64,000 bases of DNA from Okamejei kenojei (lineage: Eukaryota), in NCBI GenBank assembly GCA_035221665.1, contig CM069147.1, positions 47,120,001-47,184,000 on the forward strand. The letters are read 5' to 3'. Positions 51,677 to 64,000 of the stretch are shown here, one piece after another. Each line of letters opens with the position of its first letter. The first letter of the stretch is position 1. The position numbers were made by a program, and so were the translations under genes. The notes beneath the pieces were generated by a model, which was not told where the DNA came from, ran no database searches, and worked only from the letters and a program-made list of their open reading frames with translations.

Positions 51677-53080
51677 ACATAGAAACATAGAAAATAAGTG
51701 CAGGAGTAGACCATTTGGCCCTTCGAGCCAGCCCCGCCATTCAATATGATCATGGCTGATCATCCAAAATCAGTACCGCGTCCCTGCTTTCTCCCCATAT
51801 CCCTTGAATCCGTTAGCCCTAAGAGCTATATCTAACTCTCTCTTGAAAACATCCAGTGACTGGCAAAGTCTATAGCAATATTGGGAAAATCAAGACACAT
51901 TCTGGACCACAAATCAATTCATACTCTGTATAATACACTCATATAGCCATATCTGAGTTACTGTGTGGAGATATGGGGTAACACCTACAAAACCAACCTA
52001 CAGCCGTTATGCACATTACAAAAAAGAGCAATAAGAATTATCAATAACGTTGGATATCTTGAACATACCAATTTATTATTCTTAAAGTCACATACACTGA
52101 AGTTCACCGATCTGGTTAAATTTAAGAATGCACAAATCATGTACAAAGCAAGAAATAATTTACTTCCAGGAAATATACAAAAACTGTTTATGGAAAGACA
52201 GGGTGGGTATAATTTGAGAGGGGAACATAATTTAAAAAAAACTCAATGTCAGTACAACTCTTAAAAGTATGTGCATAGCAATCTGTGGGGTGAATTTGTG
52301 GAATGGTCTGGAACAGAAGATAAAACTTAGCACAAACATAAATCAGTTTAAAAAGATGTACAAAAACACTTTTTTTAAAGGATATTGGGATGAGGATTGT
52401 GAGTGGGATATTTGTTATACTGATTGTATTGGGAAGGGTGATTATAGGGTGATGGGTTGGATATATGACTAAGAGATACTGTATAGTATATGAGGGTTTT
52501 TTCTTTTCTTTTTTCTTTTTTTCTCTCTTTTGTATGGCTTTGTAAATATTTGATTAGTGTATAAATGTAAATAATTTGGTGTACATATAGCTGCTGGTGT
52601 ACATATGGTGTACATATAGCTGCTAAATCTGTATAAGATAATTTTAAGCAGTTGAATAAGGGGTGGGAATTAATAAGCTTTGGCTTCTGCTCCTTTTCGG
52701 ACACATACGATTTCATTTATTTATAGATACTGTTTATGACGCTATAAATATTCTTGTTTTGTTTTTGTATGCTGTTTCACATTTGCTTATTCTTTTATTC
52801 TGTTCGAAATAAAGAATTAAATAAATAAATAAATAAATAGATAAACAGACAAATAAATAAATAGCTAGATATGTTTGGCCTCGACTGCCTTCTGTGGCAG
52901 AGAATTCCACAGATTCACAACTCCCTATGTGAAAACGTGTTTCCTCATCTGAGTCTGAAATGGCTTGCCCCTTATTCTTAAACTGTGACCCTTGGTTCTG
53001 GACTCCCCCAACATCAGGAACATTTTTCCTGCATATAGCCTGTCCAATCCCTTAAGAATGTTATGTGTTTCTATAAGATC
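51677..53080 (-). mobile_element. CR1 3' fragment split by a nested LINE
   Basis: 51677-51864 and 52875-53080 join into the same CR1 3' sequence seen at 7288 and 14272. Confidence 0.88.
51865..52872 (+). mobile_element. Crack/L2-group LINE 3' fragment nested in CR1
   Basis: PYLSYCVEIWGNTYKTNLQPLCTLQKRAIRII...EHTNLLF...GVNLWNGL...INQFKKMYK, then a 3'UTR with AATAAA and a (TAAA)n tail at about 52819-52862. Confidence 0.82.
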
Positions 53081-53332
53081 AATAGAGTTTTGGATCCCGG
53101 GGAAGCCAGGAAATTAGTTGGGAATATTTAGTTGAAGAAGATCAGCTATGATCTTTTCAAATTGCAGAACAGACTCAAAAGCCCTTTTGGCTTATCCTTG
53201 CTCCTATTTCGTATGTAATAATAATACGGTTCTTCTTTTGGAAATGTTTTCAGATCCTAAAGTGCGGAAATGTAACAATAGAATTTATTACACAAAGAAG
53301 TAAATTCAGGTTTTTGTGTTTTTTAAATACAG

Positions 53333-53598
53333 ATTGCGGACAATTGATGAGCATAACAAATGTGTCTCAGCAATGCTCAACTGGACCATCTTTGTCTGAT
53401 CAGCTGCTTGTGATAAACCAGTCGGGGCAAGCGCAGGCAGAAGGACAAGCCGTTTCTCCACTTCTCTCACAGCAGATGGCTGACACAAGGCAACTATCAT
53501 CTACCATTCCTGTTGAACAGAACATGGAAAAAATTGATGACATCCTTGTCTCATTACAGAACCAGGGAAGAAACATCAGCAGCTCTTTTAACCCATAG
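53333..53598 (+). CDS. NFAT5: NFAT5 last coding exon
   Basis: TACAG|AT acceptor. DCGQLM...LSDQLL...LLSQQM...QNMEKIDDILVSLQNQGRNISSSFNP*. Stop TAG 53596-53598 is directly followed by GTAGGA, a plausible donor. Confidence 0.96.
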
Positions 53599-53949
53599 GT
53601 AGGACAAATTTGGATACTGTATAAAGGCACTTTGCATGACCTGGTCATGAATAAATAAAAGCTTTAATTTAGCCTCAGCCTTGAATTATAAATCAGGTAT
53701 GTACTTGCATGTATAACATTTCACCTTTCCTGATTGCCTATTTTCATGACTTAAATGAACAGAGAGTTCCAGATCATGACCAGTTTTGTACTAAAAAACA
53801 GATTTTCTTGTTTATACCCTGTCCTTCATTACGATTGATTTTTGCTGCTCTTTATTGATTATTGGTTTCATCCAAACTAATTCTACTTGATTTACTCAGC
53901 TGAGTTCCTTACTTTATCTATTGCCATTATCTCATTTTCTTTCAATATA

Positions 53950-55520
53950 CAGGGCATTCAGAAAGTATTCAGACCCCTTCACTTTTCCCATATTTTATTA
54001 CATTACAGCCTCATTTTTAAATGGATTAAATTCTTTTTTTTATTATCAATCTACACACAATACCCCAGAATGAAGAAGCAAAAACAGGTGTTTAGAAATG
54101 TTTGCAAAGTCATTAAAAAGAAATAGCTGAAATATATCACATTTACATAAGTATTCACACCCTTTGCTATGACTCAAAATTTAGCTTAGGTTCATCCTGT
54201 TCCCATTGATTATCCTTGAGACATTTCTACAACTTAATTGGAGTCCACCAGTGGTAAATTAAATTGATTGGAAAGGTCTATATAAGGTCCCACAGTTGAC
54301 AGTGCATGTCAGAGCAAAAACCAATTGATGGAGACGAAAGGATTGTCCGTAGACCTTCAAGACAGGATTGTGTCGAGACACAGATCTGGGGAAGGGTATA
54401 AAACAATTCTGCAGCATTGCAGGTCCCGAAGAGCACAGTGACCTCTGTCATTCTTAAATGGAAGAACTTTGGAACCACCAGGGCTCTTCATAGAGCAGGC
54501 CCACTGGCCAAACTGAGCAATCGGGGAGAAGGTCCTTGGTCAGGGAGGTGACCAAAAAACCCGATGGTCACTCTGACAGAGCTCCAGAGTTCCGCTGTGG
54601 AGATGGGAGAACCTTCCAGAAGGACAACTATATCTGCAGCACTCCAGCAATCAGGGCTTTATGGTAGAGTGGCCAGAAGGAAGCCACTCCTCAGTAAAAG
54701 GCACGTGGCAGCCCACTAGGAGTTTGCCAAAAGGCACCTAAAGGACTCTCCGACCATGAGAAGCAAGATTCTATGGTCTGATGAAACCAAGGTTGAATAC
54801 TTTGGCATGAATCAGGCACCGCTCATCACCTGACCAATACCATACCTACGGTGAAGCATGGTGGTGGCAGCATCATGCTGTGGGAATGTTTTTCAGCATC
54901 ACGAACTGGGAGAAAGGATCGAGAGAAAGATGAACGGAGCAAAGTACAGGGAGATATTTGATGAAAACCTGCTCCCGTGCATTCTGGACCTCAGACTGGG
55001 GCGGAGGTTTACCTTCCAACAGGACAATGACCCTAAGCACACAGCCAAGACAATGCAGGAATGGCTTTGTGACAAGTCTGTGAATGTCCTTGAGTGGCCC
55101 AGCCAGAGCCCGGACTTGAACCCGATCGAACATCTCTGGAGGGACCTGAAAATAGCTGTGCATCAACACTCCCCATCCAACCTGACAGAGCTTGAGAGGA
55201 TCTGCAGAGAAGAATGGGAGAAGTTATCCAAATACAGGTGTGTCCAGCTTGTAGTGTCATACCCAAGAAGACTTGAGGCTGTAATCGCTGCCAAAGGTGC
55301 CTCAACAAAGTACTGAATACTTATATAAATGTGATATTTCAGTTATTTCTTTTTAATTACTTTGCAAAAATGTCTAAACACCTGTTTTCGCTTTTTTATT
55401 ATGGGGTATTCTGTGTCGATTGATGATAAAACATAAAATAACAATCAATTTTAGAATAAGGCTGTAACGTAACAAAATGTGGAGAAAGTGAAGGGGTCTG
55501 AATACTTTCTGAATGCACTG
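53950..55520 (+). mobile_element. Full-length but inactivated Tc1 (DD34E) DNA transposon, IR/DR type
   Basis: TA target duplication at 53948-53949 and 55521-55522. About 210-bp TIRs starting CAG(G/T)GCATTCAGAAAGTATTCAGACCCCTTCAC. Transposase motifs WSDETK, FQQDNDPKH, WPSQSPDLNPIE with 34 residues between second D and E. Frameshifts and small deletions. Confidence 0.97.
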
Positions 55521-56472
55521 TATGGGTGACACAACTCCTTCTCCATTTTGCCTATCTCTTTAAAAAAAAATCCTGGGATATTTCATTCCTATCCTCTATT
55601 CCATTCCTATCCTTGTTTCTGTTATGGATATCAGATCATGCGTCAATTTCTATATGTGTTTAATTAATCCACCTACCTTGTTGCCATACACATTCAAATA
55701 AAACCTCTTCAATTGTATCATTTTTCCTCTGCTCTTACTCCCTTTGTTACAACATATTTCCAATTAATACAATTTAATTTTAACCTTTAAAATGAATAAT
55801 TAAAACATTTTAAAATATTATTCTTGTATGTTTCCCCTTGATAATTGCTGCATTGGGATAGAAAGAAGCTGGAAAACTGATTTTATAATTTTTATTCACA
55901 TCAACGGCCCAATCAAATTAATTGTAATGCACTCTATTTTATGCATCCATTCTTAACCTTGACTGTCCATTTTTTAAAAATAACATATTAAATGGTCATT
56001 TAGAAATGATCGTACAATCAGTGAAACAATGCATCACAGTGTAATAAAGCATTTTCTCATAAAGGGTGAAGATGGTAAACTACAGCCTACTCTAAATTTA
56101 ACCTTTTTCCTATTAATTTGAATCAAGATCATAGAACGAGAAGCTCCTCCTGTGTCTTTTTATTAGAGTTGCTTAATTCAATCTCTTTGGTGGAATAAGT
56201 ACATTAGTATAACTTCTATAATGTTTTGATTTTATGATCGTGAGAAGCACAGATTGTAGGTGGATATTAATCATTTTACTCGAGTATGTAAATTATACTG
56301 CCAAGCAATGCCACTGATGTTTTTCCGTGGATGTGAAACACTCCTGGGGGGGAAATAGTGTAACAGTAGCATGTTGAAACAGTAAATAATTTCATATACA
56401 TGCACTATATATTGTGCGATAAAATCATTTATTTCACCATATTTTCTGTTCAACCATAATGTACTGTTTTTT

Positions 56473-56539
56473 AATAACCATAATAACCATAATGATACAT
56501 AATAATAAATAAATAACCATAATAACCATAATGATACAT
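56473..56539. repeat. 28-bp direct repeat upstream of the probable last-exon acceptor
   Basis: AATAACCATAATAACCATAATGATACAT at 56473 and 56512. Confidence 0.9.
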
Positions 56540-58554
56540 GAAAAACAATAACTTCTTACTTACTTTTAGGTATTCGTATGGTACAAATTTAAGAAGACAT
56601 GAAGAAACGTCAAACCTTTATGAAACTACAATCCTGTCATATGAAGGGAAAATAGAACTGTGACTGTACTGTGAAGGGAAAGTTAAAGTATTGATATTGT
56701 TTATATCCATTTCAGCTTTCTAGCCAATCCTTTGACCTACATTTTAAATCATCGTGAAGCAAATTTGTTTTCAATTCAGTGCACTTTGAGTGCATAAATA
56801 CAGATCTTCAGTGATGACTTTTTGTTACCATTCCACTTTGGTAGGTACAACAACTAACAGAGTGCATCTCTACAGTTAGCCAACTCCCTGTAAATTAACA
56901 TATTTTGGCGTAAATGCAAATGTTATCAAAGCCAATAGGTTCGTGGTGAATAACACTCAGTAAAAAAACTAAGAATACGGACTACAAATTAAGAAACTAA
57001 AAGTTATCAGCTACTTGTGCTAAATGTCCATATATAGCAGCAGTGTGAGCTATACGCTTTTTGAAATTCAAATTCATTACATTTCAGAAGTGTTGTACAA
57101 TGTGCCATCATTTCAATGTGTCAAGAAGCCAAGAAATAGTTGATATCATGTGATCTCTTTACCAGCTGCAGCCACCAAAGTATGCAGATCCATAATATAT
57201 ATCCTCATAACATATCGCCAAGATTCAGCATAGATCAGGAGCCACAAGGGTGTACTTGCATTGGTGATATTTGGTATAGCTGTAATGAAGACATTTGGAA
57301 AACAGATGGAGGAATTTTAAATCTGTGTCTGTCCTGGAAAATTTTGCAATTAAATTGACAGCAAACTGTAGACATAAAAAGGATTTGGGAAAGATTGATA
57401 ATTTCTATATTCTTCCTCAAATGGCATGCAGAATTCATTTGCACTTGTGTGACTGGACTGATAGATGCTAGACTCAGTGATGGATTCTGACTTTTTGCCT
57501 GTGTATTTTTTCCATAATAAAAGTAGACTACTTATTCAAAGTTTTTAATCCTATTTGAAACTTCAATGACAAATTAGGTGAACAGACTCCATGAAAAGTG
57601 ACTATGGCAAAAAAAGAACTGTAACCGTGCCTTACCGAGAGGAAGAAAATAAATCAGTTCATTGACATAGATGACATGGCCTCTTCGGTATTATAAATGC
57701 ATCATTGATTTCTGGATCATTATTTTTGGTCCAACTGAATTTAGTATGACCCTTTATTATTATTACCAATCCTGTTCCAATTTCCCTCTTTGTTTATCAA
57801 GTGTGTGATGTATTTGCTCAACTGCAAAGGAAAAAGAAGTCTAATCTTTTTTAAATTATTTTTTTGGTTTATACTCATTGTCTGCAGCCTGTTTCACAAA
57901 GAGGGAAATGTTATCTTCACAACAGTTGTGTAACAGCCATCAAAGAGATGACCTTTCTACCCATTAACAGAGGACGGTCTATCAGACAGCAATTAAGTCA
58001 TCAATTTTCTCAGTTGAGTAGGTCTTTATCTTGATTAGAAAACTAGTAAATTCCCTTTTCTGTTTGCCAACTAATTTGAATGTTAAGACCATCTGTCCAC
58101 AAGGACTGTTACTAAAAAAGGAGGTACAGTTTAAAACTGTTACACCCTCTGTGTTTTGACAGCTCCACTGCAAATCTCCTCAAGGTATGCCTAATTTCAA
58201 GATGTAATCCTCCTCTTTCCAACGGGAGTTCTGTAACCCCTTCATTTACTGCTCCCCTTCTGTGTGTCTGAAGAAGGGTCCAGACCTAAAACATCACATT
58301 TGCATATTCTCCAGGGTTGCTGCCTGACCCGCTGAGTTACTCTAGCATTTTTGTCTGTCAATAAAACTTCACATCAGAACACTAATTACTGATTAGTCTA
58401 TGTTCATGTTATATTCTATGTTATTCTATGTTAATGTCAATCTCCAGGATTGACATTAAGGAATAGGATGAATACTGATATTTGTTCATAAATGGCAGGC
58501 AGAGGTAAACCCTCACGTATGTAATTTGAATAATCAGACAATCCAATAGTGAGG

Positions 58555-58763
58555 ATAGACACAAAAAATTGGAGTGACTCAATGGGACAGGCAGCATCTC
58601 TGGAGAGGAATGGGTGAAGTTTCAGTTCAAGACCCTTCTTCAGACGCGACCCAAAACGTTACCCATTCCTTCTCTCCAGAGATGCTGCCTGTTCCTCTGA
58701 GTTACTCCAGCTTTTTGTGTCTGTCTTCAATTTAAACCTGCATCTGCAGTTCCTTCCTACACA
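58555..58763. mobile_element. Penelope-derived inverted terminal cassette in the probable 3'UTR
   Basis: Arms about 58555-58628 and 58647-58725 are reverse complements; flanked by ACAATCCAATAG / ACAATCCAACAG (58538, 58761). Confidence 0.85.
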
Positions 58764-61700
58764 ATCCAACAGAGGCATATGTAATCGCCAATTATAGAAC
58801 AGTTCAATCTCTGATAGATTGTACTGCTCTATATTAATTGAGTGATCACTCCAAGACATCCTCAATAAGTTCAAGGGCACAATCTCTTTATTTGGGATTG
58901 GTAGCACTTTTTTCAACTTCTTAAATGGCATTTTCTTCATCTGCAAATTGGAAAATCATGACCAAAATCCCGAGGGCTATTCAAATCAGAGGACTACATA
59001 AGAAAGGTTTAAAGGGATATGTGGACAAATGGGACTACATTGGATGGGAATCTTGGTCGGCCAAAAAGCCAAAAGCTATTTCCTTCCTGTATGAATGTGT
59101 GCCTGTTTCACACGTGGCTCAGATATAATAATCTAATATCTTAGGTACACATGCATAATGTATGACCCTGTGGCATTCCCAGTATTTTCCATTTTTTCCT
59201 GTTAAATAGTACTACTGATAGTTGTATTTTTATCCAGTCCGTTAGTTCAATTCTGAATTATTTTTTTTTTAATGAAACTTGCAAAGTTTTCTTTTTCATA
59301 TGATAAGCAAGATGTGGTTCCTTAATTTTAGTAGTAGTCTGAACAGCAGTTTATACCAGAAAAAAATTGTACATCTGTGTGCTGAAAGATTTATAATATA
59401 AATCTAAAACAGCAACTGCTGTAATGAAAGTTTAAATCACATTGTACATGTGCTTCCCCATGACTATCTAGAAAGATGGTTGACCTAGAAGAACATGCAA
59501 TGGGCAGGTGAATGGAAACATTTTTCTACCATAAATCTAATATTGGAACTAATTTGGTGTTATAGAATAGCGACAATTTGCATTTGCTGTTAGAAATGCA
59601 AATTAAAATTGGATTTAGATATAGTATTACCTTTTTAATGTGATGAAAACCAAAGTTTGAATGTGTTCTACAGCTTTATACTTTTCTAGTTTTAAGTCAA
59701 CCTTTAATAGCTATTTAAGTATTGTGCAAACCTTATGTAAATATTGCAATTTTGGTAACATAAATATTAATTTAACATCATATTGCCAGTCAGTATTAAG
59801 TTTCAGATTCCCTTGTTACAAGGTATCCATATTAGATATCAAGGAAGAGGTGGAAAGTTGCCCCGTTGTAGATACCTGACCATTAAATCTAATCCATCTC
59901 CAATGTAAAAGAACTTACCATAAAATGTAATCACGGTTTCTCTGATTTTAACACTAAGAAATGAATAGTTATCCAACTACACCTTACGATTAAAGTAGAG
60001 AAAGTAGATATGATGCACATTGTACATAAAACAAAAAGGACAAACATATCAAATGTGAAGCAGAAATTGATGTATAACCATATTTCAGAGATCTATATAT
60101 TAACCAACATACAACCTGGCTTTTCATTTTTTACTGCACTCTGTTAGCATGTCCACTGGGATGAGCTGGATAATGTAGGCAAAGCAGCTAATTTTCCTTT
60201 GGAAAGATGAGCTTTGGTTAAAATCTAAGTAAATGTGCTCTAATAATGGAATCTCCAGCACTTTATTCAACTAATATTGTGACCATTGATTCCCTTGAAT
60301 GTGTCAGTGATGTTTTATTCCTGTCAACTGTCCAGAGTACTACTTTTAAGTATTTATGTTTATGAAAAGTCATTTAATTGTATATTTCCTTTCTGTTTAC
60401 TGTAAATATTTAAACTATTTTCTTACTGTGCACATTTTGAGCCATGCAAAAACTTTTAAGCAGCTACTTCTCTTCCTTAAGAAGCACTGAAGATGTTTCG
60501 GTGGTACGGTCTTTACTTGTTATGAAGGGAGCTTCAGCTGCCTGACCAGCTTTTAGATCAGTCATTTTAAATACAGAATTTCTATTCAAATTTGGATGGT
60601 TTATATCTAATGTATGTTTCATTTTTGGAAAGCAGCATTTTTTATATGTGTGTGTGTATAGAAGATATACATACATATATACATTCACACAGATATATAT
60701 GAAATGGCATCATATTTTGTTATTTGTACTAAGTAAGTACAATCAAATTATAAACTTTACCACATATTTCAGTGGTGGCTGACTTTGTCAAAATGAGTTT
60801 GGATTGGCACTTTTGCTACTGTTTTTGACTGATTTTAAATGTTTTAAATGCAAATCAAATATTTATGGGGCATAGTGTAAACTAGTAGGGCTAAATATCT
60901 TTTGTAAGTGTCTTTGCATGGAAATGAACATAACCAGAATATAGTGAATGAAAGCAGATGATTATTGTTTGGATTTCTGCACATCAGTGTTTCATTTTAT
61001 CATGAGGCAGAGCCAAAACATGCATTAAAGGAATATATTGCTGATGCCTTTTGAATTCACTACTTACTTTGATTCTATTAGTTATCTTGTACCATTTTTA
61101 TTTTATTACTGCTAGTACAGATGGCAGCAGTCTAAATAAAAGAAAGTGAATTTAAGTTGCTGAACAAAATCCTGACTCCATTGTGTATCACAACACACAA
61201 ACTATTTCGAGCTCTCATTTGATGCCTTATTATCTGTCTTTTATTTTGCAGTCTCCTATCCAGTTGATATTGATTATTGCAAGTTCCCAGAAGCAACTAT
61301 TTAGCTACAGCATGTTGACTCTGAACATTAAATTATTATTTTTTTTCTCTATTGAACATGTTTAACCCTATTTAATGAGCTAAATCTTTTGTCATTATTC
61401 CATGGTTTTTTTTGTTGCATCAGATTTATGAAAATATTTTCCAGAGTGGACTATCATTGTCCCCAATCCCACTCCTTCCAATGACATGCCCCACCTATAA
61501 AACAACCCAACCATTCCCTAAGGCCCTCTCTCCTTCATCTCACAACTCTGGTTCCAGACGTGCTGGTCTTTGGATGTTACTGAAACATGTAATGGCACCC
61601 CAAGCTGAAATGGTTATTGGCAGGCCACCTTAACCTTTAGATCTTTCAAAAACCTTTTTAGGTTCAGTTGTGCCAACTTTCTATATATCAGATTTTGGCC

Positions 61701-61823
61701 CTGTCACTTACATATGGTTTTATCACTTGCAATTATGATGGAGGACTTGAGCATGTATCTCCACTGTGGTTTGCTTTTCTTGCTAACCAAAGGCACACAG
61801 TTATTAGACAATAATTCAACCAT

Positions 61824-61993
61824 GGGGTGGCACAGCGGTAGAATTGTTGCCTCACAGCACCAGAGAGACCTGTGTTTGTTCCCGGCTGCAGGTGCTGTCT
61901 GTGTCGAGTTAGTACGTTCTCTTGACTACGGGTATTGTCTGTGTGGAGTTGGTAACCGGGTGGGTTTTCTCTGGGTGCTCCGGTTTTCTCCCA
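61824..61993 (+). mobile_element. V-SINE (HE1-like) 5' part
   Basis: GTGGCACAGCGGTAGAATTGTTGCCTCACAGC head plus a partly duplicated V-domain. Confidence 0.8.
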
Positions 61994-62297
61994 GGAAATG
62001 CGGACACTAGTTTTAGATGAATGATTTTGAAAGAGCAAGACTCACTTATATTTAATAACTAATAGGAAATTTGTGAAAATTTAAGCTTTCATTCAGAATA
62101 AAATTATTAATTTTAATAAAGACTTTTAATACCAGGAGTGATGAACCTGTCACGTGACAAAACAAATAAATAAATAAATAACTTGCTTGTAATATTTTAA
62201 TATTTGAATTTGAAAATATGAAACTTTACTAAAACGTCATTGTTTTTTATGATCATCATTGCTTTCTGTATAAAGCATATCTTAATCTAGTACGTCA

Positions 62298-62344
62298 TGA
62301 CCAATTTCCCTCCAGGGATGAATAAAGCTCTATCGTATCGTATG
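62298..62344 (+). mobile_element. LINE (Rex1/Babar-like) 3' stub
   Basis: AATTTCCCTCCAGGGATGAATAAAG followed by (TATCG)n tail. Confidence 0.5.
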
Positions 62345-64000
62345 AAATAGACGGTAATTGATTCAAACATTTACAAGTCATCCAACTCTCTTTCTTCAAG
62401 AAAATGAGAATGAAAATCCACTAATCTTTTACTGTGATTCCCCTATGCTAAATTATAATAGCTTGATTATGTTTGATGAATCTTGTTTCTATTTGCATTA
62501 GGGTTTTTTTTGGAAAATCAAGCACTGCTAAGATTTTATACTATTTGTAAGGTTTGTTCAGTTGAAAATTGCTTGCGTTCCACTTTCTCAGCAGAGGAAC
62601 CTGCTTGCAGATCAGAAAGCTGGCACAACAAATCCAACTTTCACATACGTCACACTCCCACATGTTGCACAAATTAATTTATCTTTATATGCTTCTAATG
62701 AAGGATTTTTTAAAGTCCTTTTGTTCCGTGTATCAAAATCAATAGTGCAAAAATAATTTAAATTAGAACACTGATTCAGTGACATCTCATAGGATATCTA
62801 GCAAGGAGTAATAAAGAAATATTCAATTTTTTTTTTAATATTGTCCTAAAATTATTATGGATGTCACACAAATATTGAACATTAAATAAAACTTTTGGGT
62901 GGCAATGAAAAGAGAAATGGCTGGAAACACTCAATATGTCAGGAAATATTAGGAGAGGGAGAAACATTTAATGTTTCAAGGCAGATCTTTCATTTGGAAA
63001 AATATATGCTAGCTTTAAATTATAGAGAGAGTGAAAGAGATTAGATAGGACAAAGGGAATATCTCCTGTAGGATGAGGCTTGGGCTTCGTTTCAGATTTC
63101 CAGCATCTGCAGATTGTTGATTGTCCTTTTGCAATAATAAATGGTTTGTATATTTTGTGAGGTCCCTGGGTTTCTAATGCAAGACAACGTTGGTTTGTGC
63201 AATGTATACGGAGCATTCTAACAGAAGGTTTTGGCTGGTAGTTTACTAACAGTGCACTTTGCTGTTTTAATCAACAATAGGAACAGCACTCGGTAGCAAA
63301 CAGTAATTCCATATATAATGAACAAATGTGAAAAAATATGCTATGTTTTAATTACATATCCAAAATCAATGTAGAAAGAATAAAATGTTGCTCCACATTA
63401 CCCTACTCCTCAGAATTACATCCCTACATCTTCCAGTGATTTTTTTTTAATGACATTTTTTGACTTCTATGAAATATTCTCCAATTTCATTAGTGTTTTT
63501 ATAACTTTATCATTGTCAAGTCAGAATTTTGTCCGTCATATTCTTTGCTAGCCCTATTAACACACTTAAAATGAAGATACATAGTATATATTTACTTTTA
63601 TAATTGTACAAGATATATGAAATGCCTCACTAATGTTTGATTTCATTTGAATTTTTTAAAGAGATGGTTCAGTGGTTCATTTTGCAATGCATAATAGAAA
63701 TGGATGAAATTTCTGAGAATTATCTTTATTTCTCAATGTAAATATGTCCAAATCCTTGATACATACATACATCTCAGAATAATGAGGAAATTGTATACTC
63801 AGATTATTTTCTTTCCTCTTTTTAAGAATTATATTTTGGTTTTCTGTGCATTAAAACACATAAAAATTACAGATATTGTTCTGTGTGTTCTTGCAGTTAG
63901 GGCACTTATGTAATAGCAGCAATGCCTTTATTTTATTTTCTTCAATCAGTTTAACTTGTACAATAACAAAGTGGACTGACAGGTTACTCTGGAATACTTA

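Larger units (their letters stand above)
56570..62180 (+). other. Probable long terminal 3'UTR exon of NFAT5 (both ends uncertain)
   Basis: Acceptor CTTCTTACTTACTTTTAG|G at 56569/70. Repeat-poor AU-rich sequence with miRNA seed and Pumilio motifs. AATAAA at 61135, 62115 and a cluster near 62165. Mammalian NFAT5 has a multi-kb noncoding last exon. The UTR may continue beyond 64000. Confidence 0.5.

Noticed and set aside
57334-58960. TonE/ORE-like TGGAAANNYNY matches (57334, 58950) suggesting autoregulation
   Set aside because: Degenerate motif expected by chance in AT-rich DNA; no clustering.

Overview
Eukaryotic, AT-rich vertebrate genomic DNA, most likely a cartilaginous fish (skate/ray type; inferred from HE1/V-SINE, CR1 with (TTTCTATG)n tails and Penelope-like repeats). 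The whole window is the body of one + strand gene, NFAT5/TonEBP. Eleven coding exons (10667-53598) splice in consistent phase to about 1,450 aa: nuclear-trafficking region, Rel homology and IPT domains, and a Q/S/N-rich C-terminal region. The N-terminal exons lie upstream of the window. The stop codon is followed by a 3'UTR intron and a probable long 3'UTR exon from about 56570. Introns are packed with CR1, L1, Crack/L2-type and Penelope-like retroelements, SINEs, Harbinger-type MITEs and a full-length DD34E Tc1 element. Most notable: (1) a dispersed family of short Penelope-derived cassettes carrying minimal hammerhead ribozyme motifs, with one intact sense copy locked in a hairpin just downstream of the largest exon; (2) a candidate conserved stop-containing cassette exon at 10351-10407; (3) loss of mammalian regulatory residues (NFAT5a Met-Gly/Cys lipidation start, Y143); (4) a short versus long 3'UTR switch. 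No database search was run; comparisons with human NFAT5 and repeat family names are from recall.
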